From: Flavobacteriales bacterium
GTDB taxonomy: Bacteria; Bacteroidota; Bacteroidia; JACJYZ01
Length of the DNA stretch: 64,000 nt
Assembly: GCA_020435415.1 (NCBI GenBank)
Contig: JAGQZQ010000001.1
Coordinates: 26,228-90,227, forward strand
Direction: 5' to 3'
The notes below the pieces were generated by a model. The model had not been told where the DNA came from. It did no database searches and worked only from the letters and a program-made list of their open reading frames with translations. Of the stretch, positions 31,277 through 40,577 are shown one piece after another. Within the stretch, counting starts at the first letter, position 1. Each line of letters starts with the position of its first letter. Made by a program: the position numbers and the translations under genes.

Positions 31277-31871
31277 GGTGGTTGTTTGATTGTTGGTGTA
31301 CTTTCATAAGTGTTTCGCTTATTTTATCGGGAGAAAGGATGAGGTCGGGCTGGCACGCTTCGATCGCTGCCAGCGGCATATATGGTGACTCAGCGGATTC
31401 CGGACTTTGTGCAATGGTAAACCCGCCATACTCTTTGATCTTCGTTAGGCCACGTGCACCGTCGTTGTTGGCTCCGGTAAGCACAACACCCACCAGGCGC
31501 TCGCGGTAAGCGTCAGCGGCCGTTTCAAATAGGACATCACACGATGGCCTGGCATAACAGACCCTCTCGTCAATAGTGAGGCTCAGGGTACGATCGGTTT
31601 CAACGAGAAGATGATAATTCGGTGGTGCAATGTAGACCGTGCCCGGCATGGCCGTCTCTTTTTCATCCGCTTCCTTGACCCTGATGCGACATTGTTTATC
31701 AAGAATCGTAGGCCAGACGGAACCTGCGTCAGGTGCAATGTGTTGCACAATCAGGATGGTCAAAGAAAAATTCTGAGGCAACGGAACAAGAATCTCACGG
31801 ATCGCCTTCAGGCCACCGGCTGACGCCCCTATAACAAGAGCTTCATATCTTGTTCGCTTATTCAGTTGCAT
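31260..31871 (-). CDS. cheB: Chemotaxis-type protein-glutamate methylesterase, catalytic domain only (no receiver domain)
   Basis: ALVIGASAGGLKA...LIVQHIAPD is the CheB methylesterase active-site region. Only about 203 aa, so there is no N-terminal REC. Start at ATG 31871, overlapping the cheR stop. Confidence 0.8.
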   Translation of the reverse strand: MQLNKRTRYEALVIGASAGGLKAIREILVPLPQNFSLTILIVQHIAPDAGSVWPTILDKQCRIRVKEADEKETAMPGTVYIAPPNYHLLVETDRTLSLTIDERVCYARPSCDVLFETAADAYRERLVGVVLTGANNDGARGLTKIKEYGGFTIAQSPESAESPYMPLAAIEACQPDLILSPDKISETLMKVHQQSNNHHEFQA

Positions 31872-32700
31872 ATCTTTTTTTATAAATCCGCTGTCCTTCG
31901 TCCAACGCTTCAAAATACTTTCCGTACTCTGAAAACATTAATGTCTCTTTGTGTCCAAGACAGAGAATGCCACCTCTGACCAGGCTTTGATGAAATAAAC
32001 GAATGACTTTATTCTGAAGATCTTTATTGAAATATATCAGAACATTGCGGCATACGATCATATTGGTTTCGGTAAAATCCCCGTCAGTCACCAGGTTATG
32101 ATGAGCCCAGACAATGTTTTTTTTCAGGTTGTTATTCATGATCGCCGAATCGTACTTCGCGTAAAAATGATCTGTGAATGAGGCACGCGCTCCACTGGAA
32201 ACATAATTCATGGCATGACGCTTCATCTGCTGGATTGGATAAATACCTTCCCGCGCCTGCTTTACGACATCATAATTGAAATCCGTGGCATATAATTGTG
32301 TGCGGTCATACACTCCTTCCTCGGACAGAAGGATGGCCATGGAATAGACTTCCTCGCCGGTGCTGCATCCGGCGTGCCATATCTTGCAATAGGACCATGT
32401 TTTTAGAAGGGGCACCACCTTTTCCCTGACTGCAGCATAAAACTTCGGGTCCCTGAACATTTCGGTGACATTAATGCTCAGATCTTTCAGAACCTCCGAG
32501 GCAAAAGACGGATCGGCAAGTACGCGGTGCTGAAGCATCGACACGCTCTCCAACCCTGATAATCTGAGGCGTTGGAGAATCCGGCGTTTGACATGCGCCT
32601 TGGAGTAACTCCTGAAATCATAGCCATACCTTTGGAATATGGCTTCCAAAAGCAGAGGTATCTCAATGTCGTTAATATCCGGCTTGCTCACTACTTCCAT
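31858..32700 (-). CDS. cheR: Chemotaxis-type protein-glutamate O-methyltransferase
   Basis: 280 aa with a CheR N-terminal helical domain plus a SAM-dependent MTase (IWHAGCSTGEEVYSMAI). Confidence 0.85.
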   Translation of the reverse strand: MEVVSKPDINDIEIPLLLEAIFQRYGYDFRSYSKAHVKRRILQRLRLSGLESVSMLQHRVLADPSFASEVLKDLSINVTEMFRDPKFYAAVREKVVPLLKTWSYCKIWHAGCSTGEEVYSMAILLSEEGVYDRTQLYATDFNYDVVKQAREGIYPIQQMKRHAMNYVSSGARASFTDHFYAKYDSAIMNNNLKKNIVWAHHNLVTDGDFTETNMIVCRNVLIYFNKDLQNKVIRLFHQSLVRGGILCLGHKETLMFSEYGKYFEALDEGQRIYKKRYATE

Positions 32701-32968
32701 GCCCGTGAGTCATATTTGTTCATGCTGAATCGGGACTAACAACCTTAGCCCTACCGATTGTTCACCGGAGGATATCCTGTAATCATTACGGACATATGCA
32801 CAATCAGTGCCTGGTTTTACGCCCCGACCGAACGGAAGTTACTCGGTATTTATACCTAATTTTCGCATTTAAAGCGACTTACATAACTATGGTTCATGTC
32901 CATATAACCCCTAAGTCACCCGTGCACCCATTTAATGAGCAGGTTTGATTTTATTTAACTTTGGCGAC

Positions 32969-33700
32969 ATGCAACTAGTCATTGACATCGGTTCCTCGCA
33001 TACCAAAACAGGCCTTTTTTCAGGCAGGGATTTGGTTTCATCCCACAGCTTCGATGGCATTCCTGATCCGGAAACTTTAAGCGCCTGGTTGAAGTTGTAC
33101 CCATCGCCTTATGCAACCATTGTTTCCAGTGTCAATCAGGAGGCACCGGAATTATATGATTTTATTAAACAGAACATGATCCTCGTGCTGGTAGACAGCC
33201 AAATGTCTCTTCCTGTGAAGGTAGACTACAGAACACCGGAGACCCTTGGCAATGACCGGTTGGCCGGCATCATGGGCGCTTATGGTCGTTTTCCTGTAAA
33301 AGACGTTCTGGTGATTGATGCCGGTACATGTATCACTTATGACCTGCTTGACAAAAATGGTGTTTACCAGGGAGGCAGCATCAGCCCCGGGCGTCGGATG
33401 CGGTTTCAGGCGCTGAACAAATTCACGGCACGCCTTCCACTCGTCAATGGAAACGATGAAATGGCGCTTACCGGAAAGGATACCACCACTTCAATACAGT
33501 CGGGAGTGCAGCATGGGATACTCTCCGAAGTGGCCGGGATAATAGGTTTGTATCAACAGCAATATAAGGATGTTACCGTCGTTTTGACCGGGGGCGACAG
33601 TGCCTTCTTTGATAAGAATCTGAAAATTAACATCTTTGTCGCCCCAAACCTGGTACTTGAGGGATTGAACCTTATGTTAGAATGCCATGCGAAAGTTTAA
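32969..33700 (+). CDS. coaX: Type III pantothenate kinase
   Basis: MQLVIDIGSSHTKTGLF is the N-terminal ASKHA motif of CoaX. Confidence 0.85.
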   Translation: MQLVIDIGSSHTKTGLFSGRDLVSSHSFDGIPDPETLSAWLKLYPSPYATIVSSVNQEAPELYDFIKQNMILVLVDSQMSLPVKVDYRTPETLGNDRLAGIMGAYGRFPVKDVLVIDAGTCITYDLLDKNGVYQGGSISPGRRMRFQALNKFTARLPLVNGNDEMALTGKDTTTSIQSGVQHGILSEVAGIIGLYQQQYKDVTVVLTGGDSAFFDKNLKINIFVAPNLVLEGLNLMLECHAKV

Positions 33701-34973
33701 ATTGATGCTGCTCATACTGGCGGGCCTCTGCGGAGTCGTCAATGCCCAGGAACGCAGCAATTCGCCATACAGCAGGTATGGTATCGGCGAGCTTTATGGC
33801 AACACCTTTTCATATGCCACCTCTTTGGCTGGGGCCAGTATCGCATTCCGTCCAAACGTAGAACTAAACCTACAGAACCCCGCATCACTCACGGCTATGA
33901 CCAGCCGGGCGCAATTCGGAATTGGTATTTTCAGTCACATCAACAAACTGAAGGTGGCCTCTTCCTCCGTGCCATCATTAAGGAATACCACGCAATTGTC
34001 TCAGATGAGCATGGGCTTTCGGATAAAGTCAAACTGGAAAGGTGCCCTGTCCCTTGCCCCGTATAGTGGCGTAGGATATTCCATGGTAGAAAAGGTCAAC
34101 ATTGACCAGGTAGGTGAGGTGAAATACAAGTTCAATGGCTATGGTGGAGTGAATAAGTTCACCATGACACATGCCTACCAATGGAAAAACCTGTCTGTTG
34201 GTGTCAACGCGAGTTACATCTTCGGCCGGATAGATCGTCAACGCTCGGATTCATTACCGGATAATATATTCGGATTCAATAGCGCAGCGAGCAGCCAGCT
34301 ACTGGTGCGTAACTTCGTTTTTGAGACCGGAGCACAGTACCATCGGAACCTTTACTATCAAAACAATAAGGGAAACCGTGACTCGCTTGAACTTATTCTG
34401 GGAGCTACGTATGGTCCGCCCGGTCATCTTAACAAGACAAGGGAAGACTTCCTGATCACGATGACCACGCCCGGTGGCACCACTGTTGACACATCATTCA
34501 GCGAAAGCTTTGAAGGCAAAATGGTCTTACCCCTTTCCTGGGGCGCCGGTGCCTCCATCGGCAAAACAGCCGGTGATAAGCAATGGCGGATTGGTGTGGA
34601 CTATACAGCACAACCATGGTCTAACTACACGCTTTTTGACAAAGCAGATTCCATTGGAAATGCCCATCGCTTATCCATTGGCGGCCTGTATCAAAACGAT
34701 GCGGAAGGCATACAATGGCGAGGTGGATTATTCCTTTCGCAAACCTACCACGAACTCAAAGGGATCGCCATTCAGGAAAATGGCATAGCTTTTGGTTTGA
34801 GTGTACCCATGAAGGTGGCAAAACCTCTTGGAAGTAATTATTTAAACCTCGGTTTTGTCATTGGAGAACGTGGAACAACCGATCAATCTTTAATTAAGGA
34901 GCAGTTTATCCGGCTAAATGTGGGATTCTCATTTCAAACGGCAACTTGGTTCCTGAAACGTAAATACGACTGA
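33687..34973 (+). CDS. Putative outer-membrane beta-barrel protein, hypothetical
   Basis: Signal peptide MRKFKLMLLILAGLCGVVNAQ, alternating amphipathic beta-strand pattern, C-terminal aromatic residue. Confidence 0.6.
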   Translation: MRKFKLMLLILAGLCGVVNAQERSNSPYSRYGIGELYGNTFSYATSLAGASIAFRPNVELNLQNPASLTAMTSRAQFGIGIFSHINKLKVASSSVPSLRNTTQLSQMSMGFRIKSNWKGALSLAPYSGVGYSMVEKVNIDQVGEVKYKFNGYGGVNKFTMTHAYQWKNLSVGVNASYIFGRIDRQRSDSLPDNIFGFNSAASSQLLVRNFVFETGAQYHRNLYYQNNKGNRDSLELILGATYGPPGHLNKTREDFLITMTTPGGTTVDTSFSESFEGKMVLPLSWGAGASIGKTAGDKQWRIGVDYTAQPWSNYTLFDKADSIGNAHRLSIGGLYQNDAEGIQWRGGLFLSQTYHELKGIAIQENGIAFGLSVPMKVAKPLGSNYLNLGFVIGERGTTDQSLIKEQFIRLNVGFSFQTATWFLKRKYD

Positions 34974-34974
34974 T

Positions 34975-36303
34975 ATGAAGGCTTGGAAACTTTATTTAAC
35001 GCTAATTTGTGTATGTGGGATGGCTTTAACCCAAGCTTCCGCACAATGTTATCAGACCAAAGATAATGGTCAGAAGTTCGGACCGGACAGCGCAAAATGC
35101 GTTGAAAATCTCTCTCTGTATAGTGAATACTACAAACAAAACAATATGGAGATGGCGCAGAAGCCATGGCAGGAGGCCATTACCAACTGCCCGAGGTCTT
35201 CACAAAACCTTTATATACACGGCCCATCCATTCTGAAGTATGCTATTAAAAAGGCCACAGACCCAAAGATTCAAAAGAAACTGGTGGATTCCTTGATGTG
35301 CGTTTATGATAAACGCGTTGAGTATTTCGGAAAGAAAGGATATGTACTGGGCCGGAAAGCATCAGATTATTATACCCTTACCAGGGATAGTGAAGGCGCT
35401 TATGCCATGTTCAAGGAATGCATGGAACTGGAAGGAAATGAGACGGAAGCCATACCTTTGGTATATTACTTCCAGTCTGCCTGCGACCTTCTTAGCAAGG
35501 AGAAACTTACCAAAGAAGATGTACTTGGACTTTTTCAGAGCATTGGTAATGTGATTGATTACAACCTGAAGAAAGACCCGAACGACAAGAATTATCAGGC
35601 AGCGCAGGAAAATGTGGAAAAGATTTTTGTCAATTGCAGCGGTATTGCCGATTGTGGTGCGATGATCGGGATTTTCGGGCCGCAATTTGATTCAAAGGTA
35701 GATGATCTGGACTGGCTGAAGAAAGTAGCAGGATTATTAGATCGTCAGAAGTGCCAGGATTCCCCCTTATTCTTTAAGGTGGTGGATGCCATTGGAAAGA
35801 AGGAACGTTCTGCCACCGTTTTCCGGATGCTCGCAGGATTGGCGGCCGGAAAAGGTGATTGCACGACAGCCATAAAATATCTGCAGGATGCCGTTGAAAT
35901 GGAGGAAGATGCGACCCAGAAGGCAAAGGACCTGCTTTCCATTGCAAAATGCTACGCCAATCAAAAGCAGTTCGGACAGGCAAAATCCTATGCGCTGCGC
36001 GCTGCTTCCACCAAGAGTGGATGGGGAGATCCATACATCTCGATTGCAGAGTGGTGTGCCGCATCATCTTCATCGTGCGGAGACAATGAATGTCTGGCCA
36101 AAGCCGGTTACTGGGTTGCCGTGGATTTCCTTACCAAAGCCAAGTCCGTTGATGGTTCCGTGGCATCAGAAGCGAATGAAAAGATCAGCAAATACAAACA
36201 ATATTTCCCGAACAATGAGGACTGCTTCTTCCATGGCATCAAAGAAGGAGACGAGGTGGAAGTCGGTTGCTGGATCAATGAAAAGACCAAGGCCAGGTTC
36301 TAA
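34975..36303 (+). CDS. Secreted helical (TPR-like) hypothetical protein
   Basis: Signal peptide MKAWKLYLTLICVCGMALTQASA. 442 aa of alpha-helical repeat-like composition. Confidence 0.55.
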   Translation: MKAWKLYLTLICVCGMALTQASAQCYQTKDNGQKFGPDSAKCVENLSLYSEYYKQNNMEMAQKPWQEAITNCPRSSQNLYIHGPSILKYAIKKATDPKIQKKLVDSLMCVYDKRVEYFGKKGYVLGRKASDYYTLTRDSEGAYAMFKECMELEGNETEAIPLVYYFQSACDLLSKEKLTKEDVLGLFQSIGNVIDYNLKKDPNDKNYQAAQENVEKIFVNCSGIADCGAMIGIFGPQFDSKVDDLDWLKKVAGLLDRQKCQDSPLFFKVVDAIGKKERSATVFRMLAGLAAGKGDCTTAIKYLQDAVEMEEDATQKAKDLLSIAKCYANQKQFGQAKSYALRAASTKSGWGDPYISIAEWCAASSSSCGDNECLAKAGYWVAVDFLTKAKSVDGSVASEANEKISKYKQYFPNNEDCFFHGIKEGDEVEVGCWINEKTKARF

Positions 36304-36859
36304 GTTTGGTCTGATCCCTACACTATGTCTGCTTAGCATACTGACCGCATGCGAGGCAGACCTTGCCAAGGTGGATCTGGTCACATCTCAGGATGAGACA
36401 GCACCAGAGGTGGCGCACAATGTTGAAGCGCTTTACAGCGATTCAGCCATGCTGAAGGTGAAGTTGAACGCCCCCCTTATGGAACGCTTTTACGGCGAGA
36501 AACCCTATGTGGAATTTTCCAAAGGATTGCACGTGGTATTCTACGACTCAGTTGCCCAACCCAATGCTGAATTGACCGCAGGATATGCCATCCGCTATGT
36601 GAACGAACGCAAGATGGAAGCGCGACGGAATGTGGTGGTCGTGAATGAGCGGGGTGAACGGCTGGTGACAGAACATCTGGTGTGGGACGAGCAAAAACAA
36701 ATCATTTTTACAGAAGAAGAAGTACACATCACCAGGGATGATGAGGTGATCTGGGGTCAGGGACTTGAAGCCGATCAACATTTTAACCGATACCGCATTA
36801 AAAAACCGATTGGTTCATTTCACCTACCTGAAGAAAAAACGGAAGAACATGTTCCTTAA
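36278..36859 (+). CDS. LptC-like lipoprotein (candidate LPS export periplasmic protein)
   Basis: MKRPRPGSKFGLIPTLCLLSILTAC gives a lipobox. About 190 aa with an OstA/LptC-like beta-jellyroll pattern. The chosen start overlaps the upstream gene by 26 nt. Confidence 0.5.
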   Translation: MKRPRPGSKFGLIPTLCLLSILTACEADLAKVDLVTSQDETAPEVAHNVEALYSDSAMLKVKLNAPLMERFYGEKPYVEFSKGLHVVFYDSVAQPNAELTAGYAIRYVNERKMEARRNVVVVNERGERLVTEHLVWDEQKQIIFTEEEVHITRDDEVIWGQGLEADQHFNRYRIKKPIGSFHLPEEKTEEHVP

Positions 36860-37004
36860 ATGGGCCTGGGTGATTGTAGGTATCGTGTGTCTGTTCACAA
36901 CTATGCTGGCACTTTATCGGGGAGATGTGGAGATGGCTGGAACTTTTTTTATCTTTACTTTGGCTTCGGCGCTATTATACTGGCGACGTAGGAATACAAC
37001 TTAA
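36849..37004 (+). CDS. Small membrane protein (51 aa)
   Basis: MFLKWAWVIVGIVCLFTTMLALYRGDVEMAGTFFIFTLASALLYWRRRNTT has two hydrophobic helices. ATG overlaps the LptC-like stop. Confidence 0.35.
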   Translation: MFLKWAWVIVGIVCLFTTMLALYRGDVEMAGTFFIFTLASALLYWRRRNTT

Positions 37005-37078
37005 GTTAAAACACCGTACCGATCATGGAGTCTTCTGAAGACGCGGACCAGACCATAACCAAGCCCTGATCTATATTC

Positions 37079-38338
37079 ATGGAAACAGGCTTGGTCATTC
37101 TGATCTCACTCTTTTTTTCGGCATTCTTCTCAGGCATTGAGATCGCGTATATCACCTCCAACAAACTCGATCTGGAGCTTCGCAGGAAGAAAGGCCTGAT
37201 CTCTGCAAAATTACTGGCCGGCATTACCCGATATCCATCACGGTTTATTGGTATGCTGTTGATCGGCAATAATGTAGCGCTGGTTTTCTATGGTATAGCC
37301 ATGGCACGGCTGCTTGAGCCAGACTTGCGTTTGTACCTGCACTCCGATGCTTATGTGATGGTGGTACAAACGCTTATTTCCACCATCATCGTTCTGCTGA
37401 CCGCCGAGTTTCTTCCAAAGGTGCTCTTCCGCATCAACCCTAATTTTATCCTGCTGACCCTTGCCGCTCCCCTGTGGCTTCTCTACTTTCTGCTTTATCT
37501 TCCCGTGGTACTCATCATGCAAGTGGCCCAATTCATACTAACACGCATATTTGGTATTGCCTTTCATGCAGAAGATCCTGTATTCGGTAAAACGGATCTT
37601 GATCATTACCTGGACCTGGTGACCACAGGAATCAATCGGCCGGAAGACATTGATCCTGAAATCAAGATTCTTAAAAATGCACTCGACTTTACCAATATCA
37701 AGGTGAAGGAATGCATGGTTCCCCGTACAGAAATTGTTGCCCTGAATATTGACGATCCCATCAATCAACTCAAGGAACAATTTATCCGGACCGGGCTTTC
37801 CAAGATCCTCATCTTCAACGAAAACATTGATAACATCATCGGCTATACCCATTCCTATGAGTTATTCAAGAACCCAAAAAATATCAAAGCCATCCTTCTG
37901 CCGATCATCATTGCTCCGGAAAGCATGAGGGCCAGTGAGTTGATGGAGAATTTTATCCGTGATCACAAAAGCGTCGCCGTAGTGGTTGATGAATTTGGCG
38001 GTACCGCTGGAATGGTAACCATGGAGGATATCATTGAAGAGATCTTCGGTGAGATCGAAGATGAGCATGACTCGGAAGAACTGGTTGAAAAACAGCTCGG
38101 TGACCATGACTACCTGTTCTCCGCCCGACATGAGATAGACTACCTGAATGAGACTTACGATCTTGGCCTGAAAACCTCAGATGAATACGAAACACTCGGA
38201 GGTATGGTCACCCACTTTCATGAAAGCATCCCTGAAGTGGATGAGGAGATCGCGGTTGACAATCATATTTTTGTTATCAAAAAGGCATCTGATTCCCGGA
38301 TCGATCTGATTCGTCTTAAAGTTCGGAATACGTCCTGA
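37079..38338 (+). CDS. CNNM/HlyC-CorC family membrane protein (DUF21 + CBS pair + CorC_HlyC); a GldE-like candidate
   Basis: N-terminal 4-TM DUF21, a CBS pair (ILIFNENIDNIIGY..., AVVVDEFGGTAGMVTMEDIIEEI), and a C-terminal transporter-associated domain. Confidence 0.8.
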   Translation: METGLVILISLFFSAFFSGIEIAYITSNKLDLELRRKKGLISAKLLAGITRYPSRFIGMLLIGNNVALVFYGIAMARLLEPDLRLYLHSDAYVMVVQTLISTIIVLLTAEFLPKVLFRINPNFILLTLAAPLWLLYFLLYLPVVLIMQVAQFILTRIFGIAFHAEDPVFGKTDLDHYLDLVTTGINRPEDIDPEIKILKNALDFTNIKVKECMVPRTEIVALNIDDPINQLKEQFIRTGLSKILIFNENIDNIIGYTHSYELFKNPKNIKAILLPIIIAPESMRASELMENFIRDHKSVAVVVDEFGGTAGMVTMEDIIEEIFGEIEDEHDSEELVEKQLGDHDYLFSARHEIDYLNETYDLGLKTSDEYETLGGMVTHFHESIPEVDEEIAVDNHIFVIKKASDSRIDLIRLKVRNTS

Positions 38339-38413
38339 TATCTGCGTTTGCCGTCTTTTTATTTTCAATTATCCATTGTATCTTCGCACCTCATTTTCAA
38401 GACCTATAAAGGC

Positions 38414-40525
38414 ATGGCTATTATTGGAAGTATTAGAAAAAAAATGGGCTGGGTACTTCTGTTCTTCGTCGGAGGTGCGCTCCTGGCCTTCATACTGGGA
38501 GATTTTTTGAACTCAGGATCCTCCATGTTTACAGGAGATCGCACCACAGTGGCGGAAGTTGGTGGCACCAAAATCTCAGCAAACGTTTATGAACGTAACG
38601 TGGAAGAACGCCTTGCATCTTTTCAGATGAACAGCAACGGCGAGAACATACCCAGCGAGACTCAGGACATGCTGAGGGATGAAGCATGGGAACAAATGAT
38701 CCGTGACCTGATCATGGAACAACAATATAATGAGACCGGCATCGCCGTGGGTGGAGAAGAACTGAAAGACATGGTCTCCGGACAGAATATTCATCCTGAG
38801 GTTGCCAGGGCATTCACCAATCCGCAGACCGGTGAATTTGATCCATCCAGCATCCTTAGCTCCATCAAGAGACTACGGGAAACCGAAGATGGAAACAACC
38901 GGTGGGCCATGTTTGAAGATAAGATTGTGAAGGAAAGGACCTTTGAGAAGTATGCCATGCTTATTCAGAAAGGCCTTTATGTCACTACAGCAGAAGCTGA
39001 AAGGGATATACAATCCGGCAGTGCAAAGGCCAATATCTCATACGTGTACAAGTCATTCAGCAGTGTGTCTGATAGCTCAATTACGGTGACAGATCAGGAG
39101 ATCAGAGAATACTATGAAGCCCACAAACACCTTTACAAACAAAAGGAAGAGGAAAGAAGCCTTGAATATGTGATCTTTAATGTGGATCCCTCAGCAGAAG
39201 ACACACTTGAAGCACGCAACTGGATCAGTGAGATCAAAGAAAAACTCGTTGAATCCACGACTGACAGTCTGTTTGTTAACCGCCATGCAGACACGCCTTT
39301 CGATGACCGTTTTTATGGCAAGGGATCTATTGCCGCCAACCTGGATTCCATCTTTTTTGCAGCGGATTCAACAGGCCTGGTCGTAGGTCCTTATTTTGAA
39401 AATGGCGCCTATAAACTGGCCAAGCTATCTGAAAAACGTATGCACTCCGACAGTGTCAAAGTACGTCAGTTTGTCCTCCTGGCAAAGGAAGGCGATACCC
39501 TCGCTACCTATGCCCGTGCCGACAGCCTGATGAAACTGATCCAGAACGGAACACCATTCGGTGATGTGGCCTTTAACAACAACGATGATCCCTCTACCCA
39601 GGCAGACAGCGGGAACATCGGTTGGGTAACCGAATACGACCAACGCATGACATATTATGGTCCTCGTTTCACAGATACCTGCTTTGCCAATACCAGTAAA
39701 GGGCTGATCCTGCTGAAAACACCATATGGCGCTCATGTCATTGATGTTCAGGAAAGGACGAAGCTGGTACCCCAGGTTCGCATTGCCTTTGTAGATCGTT
39801 ACCTGAAGCCAAGTCAGGAGACTTACAACAATGTTTATCAGCAAGCCAATGAGTTCGCCGGAAAAAGCCGTACCGAGGAAACCTTTAGTCAAAACTCGAC
39901 CAAGCTGAATAAACGTGTGGCGGAGGGTTTGCGCACAGGTGACAGAAATATTCCTGGACTGGAGTCCGCCAGACCAATGGTACGTTGGGCATACAACAGT
40001 GAAGTCGGTGATGTATCCGATGTCATGGCTTTTGGAGACAAATTCGCTGTGGCCTTACTGACAGAGGTGCTTGAAGAAGGCTACATCCCCATCGATAAGA
40101 GAAAACCGGAACTGGAAATAGCAGCAAAGAAGGAAAAGAAAGTCAAACAATTCCAGGAAGAGTTCAAATCTAAGATGGCGGGTATCAATGACATTAATGC
40201 ATTGGCCAGTGCCATGGGATCGGAAGCACAAAAGGTAGAAGGCATTACCTTCTCCGCCAGCTTCGTTGCAGGACTAGGCATGGAGCCTGCCGTGATCGGT
40301 CATGCTTTCGGTGAGAAACAAGGTCAGCTTTCTCAACCGATCAAAGGAAATACAGGCGTTTTTGTGATCGTGGTAGAATCCGTGACTCCCGCCCCCGAGG
40401 GCCAGGATATTGCTACAAAAAAGAAATCCATGAGGGCAACCGCACAATCCAGGGCTGCTACGGATGTGGTTAATGCGCTCCTGGAAAAGGCAGATGTGCA
40501 GGATTACCGCGCCAAGTTCTATTAA
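38414..40525 (+). CDS. PpiD/SurA-like periplasmic peptidyl-prolyl isomerase/chaperone
   Basis: N-terminal membrane anchor, a long SurA_N-like chaperone region, then a parvulin-type rotamase domain. Start set at MAIIGSIRKK. Confidence 0.7.
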   Translation: MAIIGSIRKKMGWVLLFFVGGALLAFILGDFLNSGSSMFTGDRTTVAEVGGTKISANVYERNVEERLASFQMNSNGENIPSETQDMLRDEAWEQMIRDLIMEQQYNETGIAVGGEELKDMVSGQNIHPEVARAFTNPQTGEFDPSSILSSIKRLRETEDGNNRWAMFEDKIVKERTFEKYAMLIQKGLYVTTAEAERDIQSGSAKANISYVYKSFSSVSDSSITVTDQEIREYYEAHKHLYKQKEEERSLEYVIFNVDPSAEDTLEARNWISEIKEKLVESTTDSLFVNRHADTPFDDRFYGKGSIAANLDSIFFAADSTGLVVGPYFENGAYKLAKLSEKRMHSDSVKVRQFVLLAKEGDTLATYARADSLMKLIQNGTPFGDVAFNNNDDPSTQADSGNIGWVTEYDQRMTYYGPRFTDTCFANTSKGLILLKTPYGAHVIDVQERTKLVPQVRIAFVDRYLKPSQETYNNVYQQANEFAGKSRTEETFSQNSTKLNKRVAEGLRTGDRNIPGLESARPMVRWAYNSEVGDVSDVMAFGDKFAVALLTEVLEEGYIPIDKRKPELEIAAKKEKKVKQFQEEFKSKMAGINDINALASAMGSEAQKVEGITFSASFVAGLGMEPAVIGHAFGEKQGQLSQPIKGNTGVFVIVVESVTPAPEGQDIATKKKSMRATAQSRAATDVVNALLEKADVQDYRAKFY

Positions 40526-40551
40526 TAAATTGCTAAGATTTTGTTTCAGAA

Positions 40552-40577
40552 GACCCCGCAGATAGCGGGGTTTTTTG
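40552..40577. terminator. Rho-independent terminator between convergent genes
   Basis: gaCCCCGCagataGCGGGGtttttt. Confidence 0.75.
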
